The position numbers and the translations under genes are program-made. A model generated the notes under the pieces. It ran no database searches and had not been told where the DNA came from. It saw only the letters and a list, made by a program, of their open reading frames with translations. Positions 1 to 7,384 of a DNA stretch of 18,956 nucleotides are shown here, in pieces (the stretch's first letter is position 1; every line of letters begins with the position of its first letter). The DNA lies in assembly GCA_038889075.1 (NCBI GenBank), contig JAWAHS010000004.1, positions 78,833 through 97,788 of the forward strand, written 5' to 3'. This DNA is from Ignisphaera sp. Lineage in GTDB: Archaea; Thermoproteota; Thermoprotei_A; Sulfolobales; Ignisphaeraceae.

Positions 1-2539
1 TGCTGGGCTTTGGTATGGAGAACACTCTATCTCTAAAAACTGCAGGTAGCCTATCCTTAAGCATGATATAGTCTACGGCTCTAATCGATGCACTCTTAAC
101 TACTGAGAGGTCTATACCGAGGCTGATGATATCTGAAAACGCTATATCGTCTAGCTGGGAGAGGAGAACTAGATCAAGATCATCGGGTCTGTACTCTTCT
201 AGAGTCTTCCTTATATCATTCCATTTAAGGGTATTGAGGAGCCCTGCCGCTTCAGGTTCATGGAGTTCGAAGAACTTCTTTTCACCGATCTTCTCTACAC
301 TATACATTATTGTTTCAAATGGTATTCCATACACCCTCCTGAGTACAACCATCAGGAGGGCGAGTCCCAGCCTCAGCAGCGATGAGTCCTCCCTATCATC
401 AACATCGTATATCATTCCATAGGTGAAATCCTTGTACTCTCCAAAGGTTTCGGTAGGTACGTAGACAACCTTTCTATCATATGTTACAGTAAAGCTATCG
501 CCTATCTTTACAACCCTGGGCCTACTTGATATTAGACGCCACATAACTCTATTAGGTATCTTTCTATATTCTCCAAAGCCTTTCCTAGGGGGGTATACAA
601 CTGCCAGTACATAGCTGTAGAGCTTTCCCCGTGCAATATCCCTTAGAAAGGACGGCTCCTCACTCCACAGAGTCTTTACATATCTGTACTCTTCAAAGGC
701 TTCAGCAATAGCGTCATGGCTAGCAATTCTAAACTTTCTTAGAGGTCTCTCTACAATACCTCTAACAATTTTTGTAGACGTGCCGTGGTTAATATCGGTA
801 ACGATTGCATCTTGGCTAAGATCTATACAGCCAACCTGAAACCTTTCAACAAGATCGCAGTGGCCTACAGGCTCTAGGGGTATGATCTTTCCATCATCCT
901 CAAGATACCTCTTTATACCATATGGTGGTGCAAACTCGTAGAAGTTTAGCCTCTCCCAGATCCACTTAGCCCTTTCACTATCTATAGACCCATCCCTTCT
1001 AACAACCCTTACATTTTTCAGAACCCTATGTTCCTCCTCGCTTAGTCCAACCTTGAACCAGGGTGATAAAATCTTTGCAAGTGCTTTAAACAGCTTGATG
1101 TAGTCGTTATCTGGGTTCACGATAGCTTTCTCTATTGGGAGTGAGAGCCACTTTTCCAGAGCCTCGAAACCCTTTGATAGTAGCTCCCAGTCCCACCTTG
1201 TAGAGGGTATTACCACAGACTCTGTGTACGGTATCTCTCTTCTCCTGCCCTTTCTGCCCTCCCTCTGTAGAAACTCCCTTACATTTTCAGGCAGACCTAT
1301 ATGAACTACCCTTACAACAGTCCCAATATCTATCCCCTGCATTAGCGTCCTTGGACTTACGATTATCTTCACCTCTCCTCTTCTAGCCCTCTCCTCTATC
1401 TCCTCCCTCAACCTCTTTGAGACGAGGTGGTGATGTGATGCAACGGCATCTCCAATATACTCTTTCAACATCCTGTTTATCTCCTCAGCCCTTGCAATAC
1501 TTCTAGTAAAAACTAGGGTAACACCATCGTCCTTTGTATAGCTCGATAGAATCTCTCCAATATCCATTGCAATCGATGGTGCTTGTAGCCCTAGAGCCTC
1601 TAGAAACTGTACTACTCTATATGTATTCTTTTTAAAGGTTTCAAAATCCTCTAGCGCTCTTGCAACTATTCTATCCTCTATCCCTCTGCTTTCTATATAG
1701 TCCTTGTAGCTCCTAATCCTGCTCCAAACCTCATATAGATTCTTCCCAAGTACAATATACGTTCTATTCTCAACTCTAAAGGGCTCACCATCAATAACTA
1801 TACACCTTCTCTTAGTAGTAGCTTCTAGAAACGAGCATAGATCTGCTGGATTTGCTAGAGTTGCTGTTAGTACTGCTACCTGCGGTCTTTCATCTGCTAT
1901 AGTGCTAAGGATATCTATTGTGGCTAGCATAAGTGCAATACTTCTAGGACTGTAGAAGTCGAACTCATCAATAACCAGGAGATTGAGCTTTTTAATAAAC
2001 TGGTATAGTGTTGATGATGGATTTAGAAGAATCTTCTTCAGCTCATGGAAGAGAAAAGCTGGGTTTGTTATAATGAGATTTGATGCAGATATCTCTCTTC
2101 TTAGTCCAGCTGACCCAAGTCTCTTAACAAGTTCATCCCTATATAGAGCATCCAGCTTAAGAACCTTTGCATTTATAGCCTCCGAATATAGTGATATTCT
2201 CTTTATCTGATCATTTGCAAGAGCTAGTGTTGGATAGATAGCCATTGCCCTAAAGTTGGGATTCTCCTTAAATCTTCTATAGAAGTAGAAGAACCAAGCC
2301 TCAGTCTTTCCAGAGCCAGCACCTGATTTAAGAATTGCGCAATAGCCGTTTTCAAGAGCCTCCACCGCCTCTAGCTGATGTCTGTAGAGCTCTTGAGAAG
2401 CAATCCAGAGAGACTTTAACTCTGGAGCAATATCACCAAATTTTATATTGGTTCTCTTAGGCTCTACAGCCTGATCAACCCTCTCAATATATTCGTAGCC
2501 CATCCTTGCAAATACATCGCTACTATCTACAATGGTCAA
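1..2539 (-). CDS. SF2 DEAD/DEAH-box helicase, >840 aa, C-terminus runs off the window (archaeal family, most reminiscent of Hrq1/YprA/SftH-type helicases)
   Basis: Partly translated by hand on the minus strand: TTG at 2539 after GAGGT RBS (alternative ATG 2503); Q-motif LYRHQLEA, Walker A SGAGSGKT, motif II LVIDEFD, motif III LTAT, motif V TLMQGIDIG, motif VI QREGRKGRR. The same frame is open at the left edge. Absent from the ORF track, presumably because no stop lies in the window. Confidence 0.9.
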   Translation of the reverse strand, partial: MTIVDSSDVFARMGYEYIERVDQAVEPKRTNIKFGDIAPELKSLWIASQELYRHQLEAVEALENGYCAILKSGAGSGKTEAWFFYFYRRFKENPNFRAMAIYPTLALANDQIKRISLYSEAINAKVLKLDALYRDELVKRLGSAGLRREISASNLIITNPAFLFHELKKILLNPSSTLYQFIKKLNLLVIDEFDFYSPRSIALMLATIDILSTIADERPQVAVLTATLANPADLCSFLEATTKRRCIVIDGEPFRVENRTYIVLGKNLYEVWSRIRSYKDYIESRGIEDRIVARALEDFETFKKNTYRVVQFLEALGLQAPSIAMDIGEILSSYTKDDGVTLVFTRSIARAEEINRMLKEYIGDAVASHHHLVSKRLREEIEERARRGEVKIIVSPRTLMQGIDIGTVVRVVHIGLPENVREFLQREGRKGRRREIPYTESVVIPSTRWDWELLSKGFEALEKWLSLPIEKAIVNPDNDYIKLFKALAKILSPWFKVGLSEEEHRVLKNVRVVRRDGSIDSERAKWIWERLNFYEFAPPYGIKRYLEDDGKIIPLEPVGHCDLVERFQVGCIDLSQDAIVTDINHGTSTKIVRGIVERPLRKFRIASHDAIAEAFEEYRYVKTLWSEEPSFLRDIARGKLYSYVLAVVYPPRKGFGEYRKIPNRVMWRLISSRPRVVKIGDSFTVTYDRKVVYVPTETFGEYKDFTYGMIYDVDDREDSSLLRLGLALLMVVLRRVYGIPFETIMYSVEKIGEKKFFELHEPEAAGLLNTLKWNDIRKTLEEYRPDDLDLVLLSQLDDIAFSDIISLGIDLSVVKSASIRAVDYIMLKDRLPAVFRDRVFSIPKPS

Positions 2540-2702
2540 GCTGTATACCTCAGTATCTATCAAGTTTCAGCGGGGTATTTTATGCTGCGCTACTCAAAAT
2601 AGCTATCTATTTAAATTCTAGTAGCTCAAGATACATACATAAAGTTGACTGTGGTATGGATGGCACAGATGCTAAACAGTCGTCAGGAGGTGATCTTCAG
2701 AG

Positions 2703-3140
2703 CTATCGTTGGTTGGAAAACACTTCTTCGTTATAGGGAGCTGGAAATCTGTGTTGTAGAAGGTGGCTGTACTGTATACACGTATACTCCATTTCTATTT
2801 TGATGACATCCTCCCTAACTCTGCTGAGATAGCGTATGGCTTCTTCTGGTTTTAATAGATGTATTTCAAATGGGTGATAGTATGGTAGATCCAACATTTT
2901 CTCGATAAGGGCCTTCACCCCCGCCCTACTCAATGCTCCATTGGGTATGTTGGGCGATACTATAACTATATCTACATCGCTGCCGCCAACATAATTGCCT
3001 CTAGCAATGCTTCCAATAACATAGACCTCTGTGTCGCGTAGTACACTTCTTGCTATAGTGGCGATTTTATCAACCCATATTCTCCACTCTCTCAACATTT
3101 CTCTACGCTTTAGTATAGATTCCATGAACAGGTTCAACAA
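2703..3140 (-). CDS. Minimal nucleotidyltransferase (MNT), antitoxin of a HEPN/MNT pair
   Basis: VYVIGSIARG...GSDVDIVIV (GS + DxD) and PFEIHL; TTG start overlaps the TGA of the upstream HEPN remnant, preceded by GGTGGTGA RBS. Confidence 0.88.
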   Translation of the reverse strand: MLNLFMESILKRREMLREWRIWVDKIATIARSVLRDTEVYVIGSIARGNYVGGSDVDIVIVSPNIPNGALSRAGVKALIEKMLDLPYYHPFEIHLLKPEEAIRYLSRVREDVIKIEMEYTCIQYSHLLQHRFPAPYNEEVFSNQR

Positions 3141-3447
3141 TCACCACCTAGAATCTTTCTAACTAAATTCACCGCCTCTTCAACAACTCTAATCATCTAC
3201 ATCGCATCCTCCTTCTCATACTCCTTTGCGGAATACCTAGCTATGAGATAGGCATCTTCGAGAGCTAGTACCGTTTCCCACCCTAGGTTTTTGTAGGTTT
3301 TTCTAGGGCGGGTTGTGCCTCAGCCCTGCGGTTCACGGTGGCTACTAGCCACTCTACGCAGGGGTCATGGGCACCGTTCGAGCCCAACGGCACGGGGCTC
3401 ACATCTAGGTGTCTCTTCTTAAGAAGCTCTACCTCCAATCTATGCAT
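3137..3447 (-). pseudogene. HEPN-domain toxin pseudogene, split by an insertion/deletion
   Basis: N-terminus MHRLEVELLKKR (3447-3412) typical of archaeal HEPN proteins; C-terminal piece VLALEDAYLIARYSAKEYEKEDAM*MIRVVEEAVNLVRKILGGDC* (3271-3137) with the LEDAYxxxRY motif, an internal TAG at 3199-3197 and a stop coupled to the MNT start. The central part is missing. Confidence 0.8.
3271..3411 (-). mobile_element. Right-end remnant of a tnpB-carrying IS607/IS605-type element (tnpB 3' tail plus omega/reRNA scaffold)
   Basis: About 60% GC (hand count 84/140) in AT-rich surroundings; encodes HLDVSPVPLGSNGAHDPCVEWLVATVNRRAEAQPALEKPTKT*, resembling from memory the C-terminal tails of archaeal TnpB proteins; nested stems 3277-3286/3303-3312, 3324-3330/3357-3363, 3338-3343/3347-3352, 3380-3385/3395-3400; ends in ...GGGAAACGG directly abutting HEPN coding sequence. 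Confidence 0.7.
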
Positions 3448-3663
3448 ACTACACATCTCATTGCATCCCCCATGCTAAAACCGTTGCATATAAGGGCTAG
3501 GTAGGTTTAAAATCTATACGTCTACATCCTTCCTATGCAAAGAATCTTCCACCAGGTTTGCAGACCATCACCTACTACATCTAAACCTAGCCTCAGATGC
3601 TATGATGTGGAAATGCACTCTTCGGAGAATGATGTATTCAGTGTGAATTGGTGTCGATCTTTC

Positions 3664-3717
3664 TAGTCAGCCTTGAAACACCTCATCATGTCTCAGAGTT
3701 CACAGCCATCATCACTT
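3664..3717 (-). ncRNA. Box C/D methylation-guide sRNA
   Basis: Minus strand: C GTGATGA (3715-3709), guide TGGCTGTGAACT, D' CTGA, C' ATGATGA, guide GGTGTTTCAAGG, D CTGA (3670-3667); canonical 12-nt spacers; intergenic. Confidence 0.9.
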
Positions 3718-3736
3718 TTTTTTTAAATCTGTACTG

Positions 3737-4243
3737 CTATAGCTGTGGCTTCTCTTTATATACTATTCTCCTTATGGCTGGAATGACTATAAGGGCTCCT
3801 GGTAGAGTCGCTGCTAGGTTTCCTGCTGTAACAAATATGAATAGTAGGTGGGGCTGTCCTACCTCAAATATATATCCCAATAGTATAATGCCTATATAGA
3901 GTCCGACTATTGCTGAATCCATTGCTGCTACTAGTGGTAATACCCACCTTCTATAGCCGAGGATTCTTCCAATGATGTAGTTGAGTATTGAGTATGTAAA
4001 TGTGCATGCCGTTCCTATTACGATATCCCATACACCAAAGGGGGAGAATATATTTGCTATGAGTGTGCCTATGGTTAGCCCTAGTACACCCTCAATCCCC
4101 ATTATATATGGTAGTGGTGAGAGCATATCAGCTACTCTAACCTGTATAGGTCCATAGCTGAGTGGGTGTAAGAGTAGAACGAGGGCTATATACATAGCAG
4201 CAATTACAATACCTCTAACGACTACTATCTTCACTCTATACAC
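3737..4243 (-). CDS. queT: QueT-family ECF S component (7-deazaguanine/preQ precursor transporter)
   Basis: IAAMYIALVLLLHPLSYGPIQVRVADML, GLTIGTLIANIFSPFGVWDIVIGT signature; 168 aa, highly hydrophobic. Confidence 0.85.
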   Translation of the reverse strand: MYRVKIVVVRGIVIAAMYIALVLLLHPLSYGPIQVRVADMLSPLPYIMGIEGVLGLTIGTLIANIFSPFGVWDIVIGTACTFTYSILNYIIGRILGYRRWVLPLVAAMDSAIVGLYIGIILLGYIFEVGQPHLLFIFVTAGNLAATLPGALIVIPAIRRIVYKEKPQL

Positions 4244-4324
4244 CTTAGGAGCGGGTATTGTGAACTTTAACCCTATAAGCCTTTTGGTGAGTTTTGAACA
4301 CAGCAGTGGTGTGAGGCTTGTATA

Positions 4325-5044
4325 ATGCCTAGAATTGAAGTTAGAAACCTCACAGTTAGATATGGTGAAAGATCGGTGCTCAATGGTGTGGATGCGGAAT
4401 TTGATTCAGGTGTGCATGTAATTTTAGGTAGGAATGGTGCTGGAAAGACAACGTTGCTTAGAGCTATTGCTGGGCTTGTTGAGTTCACAGGTGATATTAG
4501 AGTTGATGGTAGGAGTATCAAGGGTTTGAATAGAAGAGAGCTGGCTAAGCTTATAGCCTACTGCTGGCAGAATCCGTTCTATGGCTTTATAGAGGTTAGC
4601 GTAAAAGATGAGGTTGAGGTTATACTTAGAACACTCGGGGTTTCGGGGAACAGGTATATAGTTGATATACTTGTTCCTAAACATATTACGGATAGAGACC
4701 CGACAACTCTTAGCGGTGGTGAGGCTAGGAGGGTCTCACTAGCCTCAATACTCGTTGCAGACCAGCCTATATGGTTGCTGGATGAACCGTTTACAAATCT
4801 GGATAGGGATGGCATCGAAGCACTGTTAAAGGTAGTGGAGTATGGTAGGGGAAGGGGTAAGACAATAGTTATTTCACTACATGAAGTATTCTATGCATAT
4901 CTCCTCAATCCAGATACGTACATAGTCATAGATGATGGAAAAATTGTTAGAAGCGGTGGATGGAATGATATTAGTGATGATACTCTCATAAGCACAGGAC
5001 TACTCACTGTAGGTGATATATGTGTTAAACTATATAATAGATGA
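4325..5044 (+). CDS. ECF transporter ATPase (EcfA/CbiO-like)
   Basis: Walker A GRNGAGKT, Q-loop WQNP, signature LSGGE, Walker B LLDEP, H-switch ISLH. Confidence 0.9.
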   Translation: MPRIEVRNLTVRYGERSVLNGVDAEFDSGVHVILGRNGAGKTTLLRAIAGLVEFTGDIRVDGRSIKGLNRRELAKLIAYCWQNPFYGFIEVSVKDEVEVILRTLGVSGNRYIVDILVPKHITDRDPTTLSGGEARRVSLASILVADQPIWLLDEPFTNLDRDGIEALLKVVEYGRGRGKTIVISLHEVFYAYLLNPDTYIVIDDGKIVRSGGWNDISDDTLISTGLLTVGDICVKLYNR

Positions 5045-5591
5045 AGTGTTTTCATTTAGGGAAAAGAAGACACTTCTCCATAGAAAAGAGCTCCTACCAC
5101 TTAAGATAGCACTATTTGTAGCATCTATAGCAATCCCCCTAGCCACAGATCTGATGATAGCCGTAGCATATGTTGTAATTCTATGGCTAGTGCTGCTCCT
5201 CCTAGGTTTAAAAAGAGCTACACTCTACATAGTGTTTTCAACAGCAACTCTATACCTATCTCTACTTCTGGTAGCACTCATACTGCAAGGTGATACGGGG
5301 TGTATAGTGAGACCATTGCTAACAGCATCAGCAACACTATCAATAGGTCTTCTAATATTTGCAACTCTATTACCACAGCATCTCACCAGGTTTCAAATAC
5401 TATACCTACTCAGTGTGATTTTCAATAGTGTATTGAGAGAGATAAGAGATGCTCAGATAGTCCTTAGAGCTAGAGGTGAAACAGGTTTTAAATACTATCT
5501 AAGGATATTTACAGTATCTATAGAGGTGGCTCTATCTAGAATAGATACACTAGTCGATTCCCTAAAAGCTAGAGGAATAGAACTGCGTTAA
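5013..5591 (+). CDS. ECF transporter T component (EcfT/CbiQ-like); start may be GTG 5022
   Basis: Hydrophobic N-terminal helices and two C-terminal Ala-Arg-Gly motifs (LRARG, LKARG); overlaps the ATPase gene. Confidence 0.8.
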   Translation: MIYVLNYIIDEVFSFREKKTLLHRKELLPLKIALFVASIAIPLATDLMIAVAYVVILWLVLLLLGLKRATLYIVFSTATLYLSLLLVALILQGDTGCIVRPLLTASATLSIGLLIFATLLPQHLTRFQILYLLSVIFNSVLREIRDAQIVLRARGETGFKYYLRIFTVSIEVALSRIDTLVDSLKARGIELR

Positions 5592-5650
5592 ATAATGCAT
5601 CAATCTCAGATGGTATGTATATTTATTTTAGAAATATATCTCCACACTAG

Positions 5651-6208
5651 CTATTTCATGGAGATCTCAAGCTGTCTAGAGGGTATAGCAATACTGGTTG
5701 TAGATATTGCTAGTGCTATCGATACTGCTATGGGTGTCTTTATAGATCCTATGTATACCACGGTTCTCGTAGCTGGTGGAAGTGGGTAAGGGAGCTGTAG
5801 TAGATTTAGTGCTATCCTATGCTGCTCCTCCATGTAATGGGTTGATACATATATATCTACGGTTTTATTATAGCTCGATACGATTTCATAGCTTCCATCA
5901 CTATATACTACTGCTATTGCTGTCAGGAGTACGGTTCTACCCATCTTATTATCTATGTATATGGCTGTGTCTGTACCGTTAAAGCTCCATGTGCTCTCTA
6001 CACCATAGAGTACAAGCTGTCTATCATTTCTCTCTGTAATGTGGTTCGCCATCTCCTTAGCTAGTGAGCCGAATCTCTCTAGTGTAATTATAATGAATGT
6101 TGCTGAGGCTATGAAGATCGCAATCAGTACAACTGAACCGACTATCGCAGCTATACCTCTATACGATCTTCGATACCCATGAAGCAACCTCACCACCTCT
6201 ATAAACAA
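5651..6208 (-). CDS. Pilin-like protein with class III signal peptide (likely minor pilin); true start probably 6193 or 6187
   Basis: RRSYRG|IAAIVGSVVLIAIFIASATF: basic leader, RG cleavage site, hydrophobic helix; overlaps the upstream pilin gene. Confidence 0.7.
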   Translation of the reverse strand: MFIEVVRLLHGYRRSYRGIAAIVGSVVLIAIFIASATFIIITLERFGSLAKEMANHITERNDRQLVLYGVESTWSFNGTDTAIYIDNKMGRTVLLTAIAVVYSDGSYEIVSSYNKTVDIYVSTHYMEEQHRIALNLLQLPYPLPPATRTVVYIGSIKTPIAVSIALAISTTSIAIPSRQLEISMK

Positions 6209-6662
6209 TCTTTACATAGGCTAGAGAGCCGTTTACAGGACACTTGAATACAGCTATCGAATTAGATGGGATTCTGACTACACCCATTCCATCAACCGTA
6301 TAGCTTCCATCAACTGTATAGAGTCTACATACAGATAGTGTGTTGTTTATGTATACCGCACTGATATCAACGGAAAATCCGCCTGCTACAGCTATGACTA
6401 TAGCTTCCACACCCCTTATATAGCTAGCCATAACCTCCAGACTCTCCCTATACTCTGCCTTTGCATATTCTATGCTCTGGCTAAGCGCTAGATAGTAGTT
6501 GTCTATAACCGTATAGGTGTATACGAATACCCCTAAACCAGCAGCTAAAGTGATTATTGTAGCTATAAGTGTAGCGATATACTCGCTAACACCTTTCGTA
6601 AGCAATTCTCTCACCCTAAATATAGTGGTATAGTGCTGCACCTCTATATAAGATTCCTGCAA
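6159..6662 (-). CDS. Archaeal type IV pilin-like protein; true start probably GTG 6614
   Basis: LLTKG|VSEYIATLIATIITLAAGLGVF class III signal peptide followed by a beta-rich domain. Confidence 0.78.
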   Translation of the reverse strand: MQESYIEVQHYTTIFRVRELLTKGVSEYIATLIATIITLAAGLGVFVYTYTVIDNYYLALSQSIEYAKAEYRESLEVMASYIRGVEAIVIAVAGGFSVDISAVYINNTLSVCRLYTVDGSYTVDGMGVVRIPSNSIAVFKCPVNGSLAYVKIVYRGGEVASWVSKIV

Positions 6663-6732
6663 TCATTGCAGACACTAGCACCTCTCGTGGATATGGCTAG
6701 AAATAGATCTGCTAAAATTTTTGAGGAAAATG

Positions 6733-6740
6733 TTTAAATA
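6733..6740 (+). promoter_or_regulatory. TATA box (with purine-rich BRE-like upstream) for the pilin gene
   Basis: GAGGAAAATG-TTTAAATA, ~34 nt before ATG 6774. Confidence 0.55.
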
Positions 6741-6773
6741 TACGTGGATGTCCATTTTCTACTGGGAGAGGTT

Positions 6774-7223
6774 ATGCAGGGTTTTTCAAAAGGAGTTTCA
6801 CCAATTATAGCTACAATAATACTTATAATCATCTCTGTAGCTGCTGGAGCTCTCCTGTGGCTATGGGTATCTGGCTACGTATCATCGTCGCAGATGCCTT
6901 CGCAGGCCGCATGGTATGAGAGGATAAAGATAGATGCAGTAAACGTAGTGAGTAAAAATGAATTGAATGTATATGTTAGGAATCTCGGGAATACAGCAGT
7001 AAAAATAGCATCCGCCTACATTCTTACAGTAGATGGCGTTGCAATAGATTCGGTTACCATCGAACCCAGCATTTCAATCGAACCACAAAAAGTAAAGGAG
7101 GTAAAACTCACAATCAGAAACTCCAGTGTGTATTCTCCTGGATACACATATATAGTAAAGGTTATTACAAGTAGTGGTGTAGAAGCAAGCTATGGCTTTG
7201 TATGGCCAGCTCTTATCGAATAG
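6774..7223 (+). CDS. Archaeal type IV pilin (candidate major pilin)
   Basis: MQGFSKG|VSPIIATIILIIISVAAGALLWLW textbook class III signal peptide; ERIKID, VYVRNLG, Y.VKVITSSG motifs; ATG 6774 after GGGAGAGG RBS (ORF track start 6744). Confidence 0.88.
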   Translation: MQGFSKGVSPIIATIILIIISVAAGALLWLWVSGYVSSSQMPSQAAWYERIKIDAVNVVSKNELNVYVRNLGNTAVKIASAYILTVDGVAIDSVTIEPSISIEPQKVKEVKLTIRNSSVYSPGYTYIVKVITSSGVEASYGFVWPALIE

Positions 7224-7384
7224 AGTCTTATAGACGTTCAAAGCAGAACATGGTGGATCCAAATAGGGGGTAGGGGCAGAGCATGTGTTGAGTAGATGGA
7301 TGTACATCTATGGTTTGAAGCATCCGTACACCTTATTAACAAAATACCCAGTGTAGTCTTTCGGTAAGGCTATGGTGCTACTAT

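Noticed and set aside
2686-2695. GGAGGTGATC, perfect complement of the 16S 3' end
   Set aside because: No start codon at suitable spacing and no convincing C/D boxes around it.
126-2736. Plus-strand ORFs 126-422, 1983-2210, 2506-2736 and other short track ORFs antisense to long genes throughout the window
   Set aside because: Shadow ORFs opposite well-supported genes; no recognisable motifs.
3600-3650. Two ATGATGT C-like boxes around a CTC-TTCG-GAG mini hairpin
   Set aside because: No properly placed CTGA D boxes, so not called as an sRNA.
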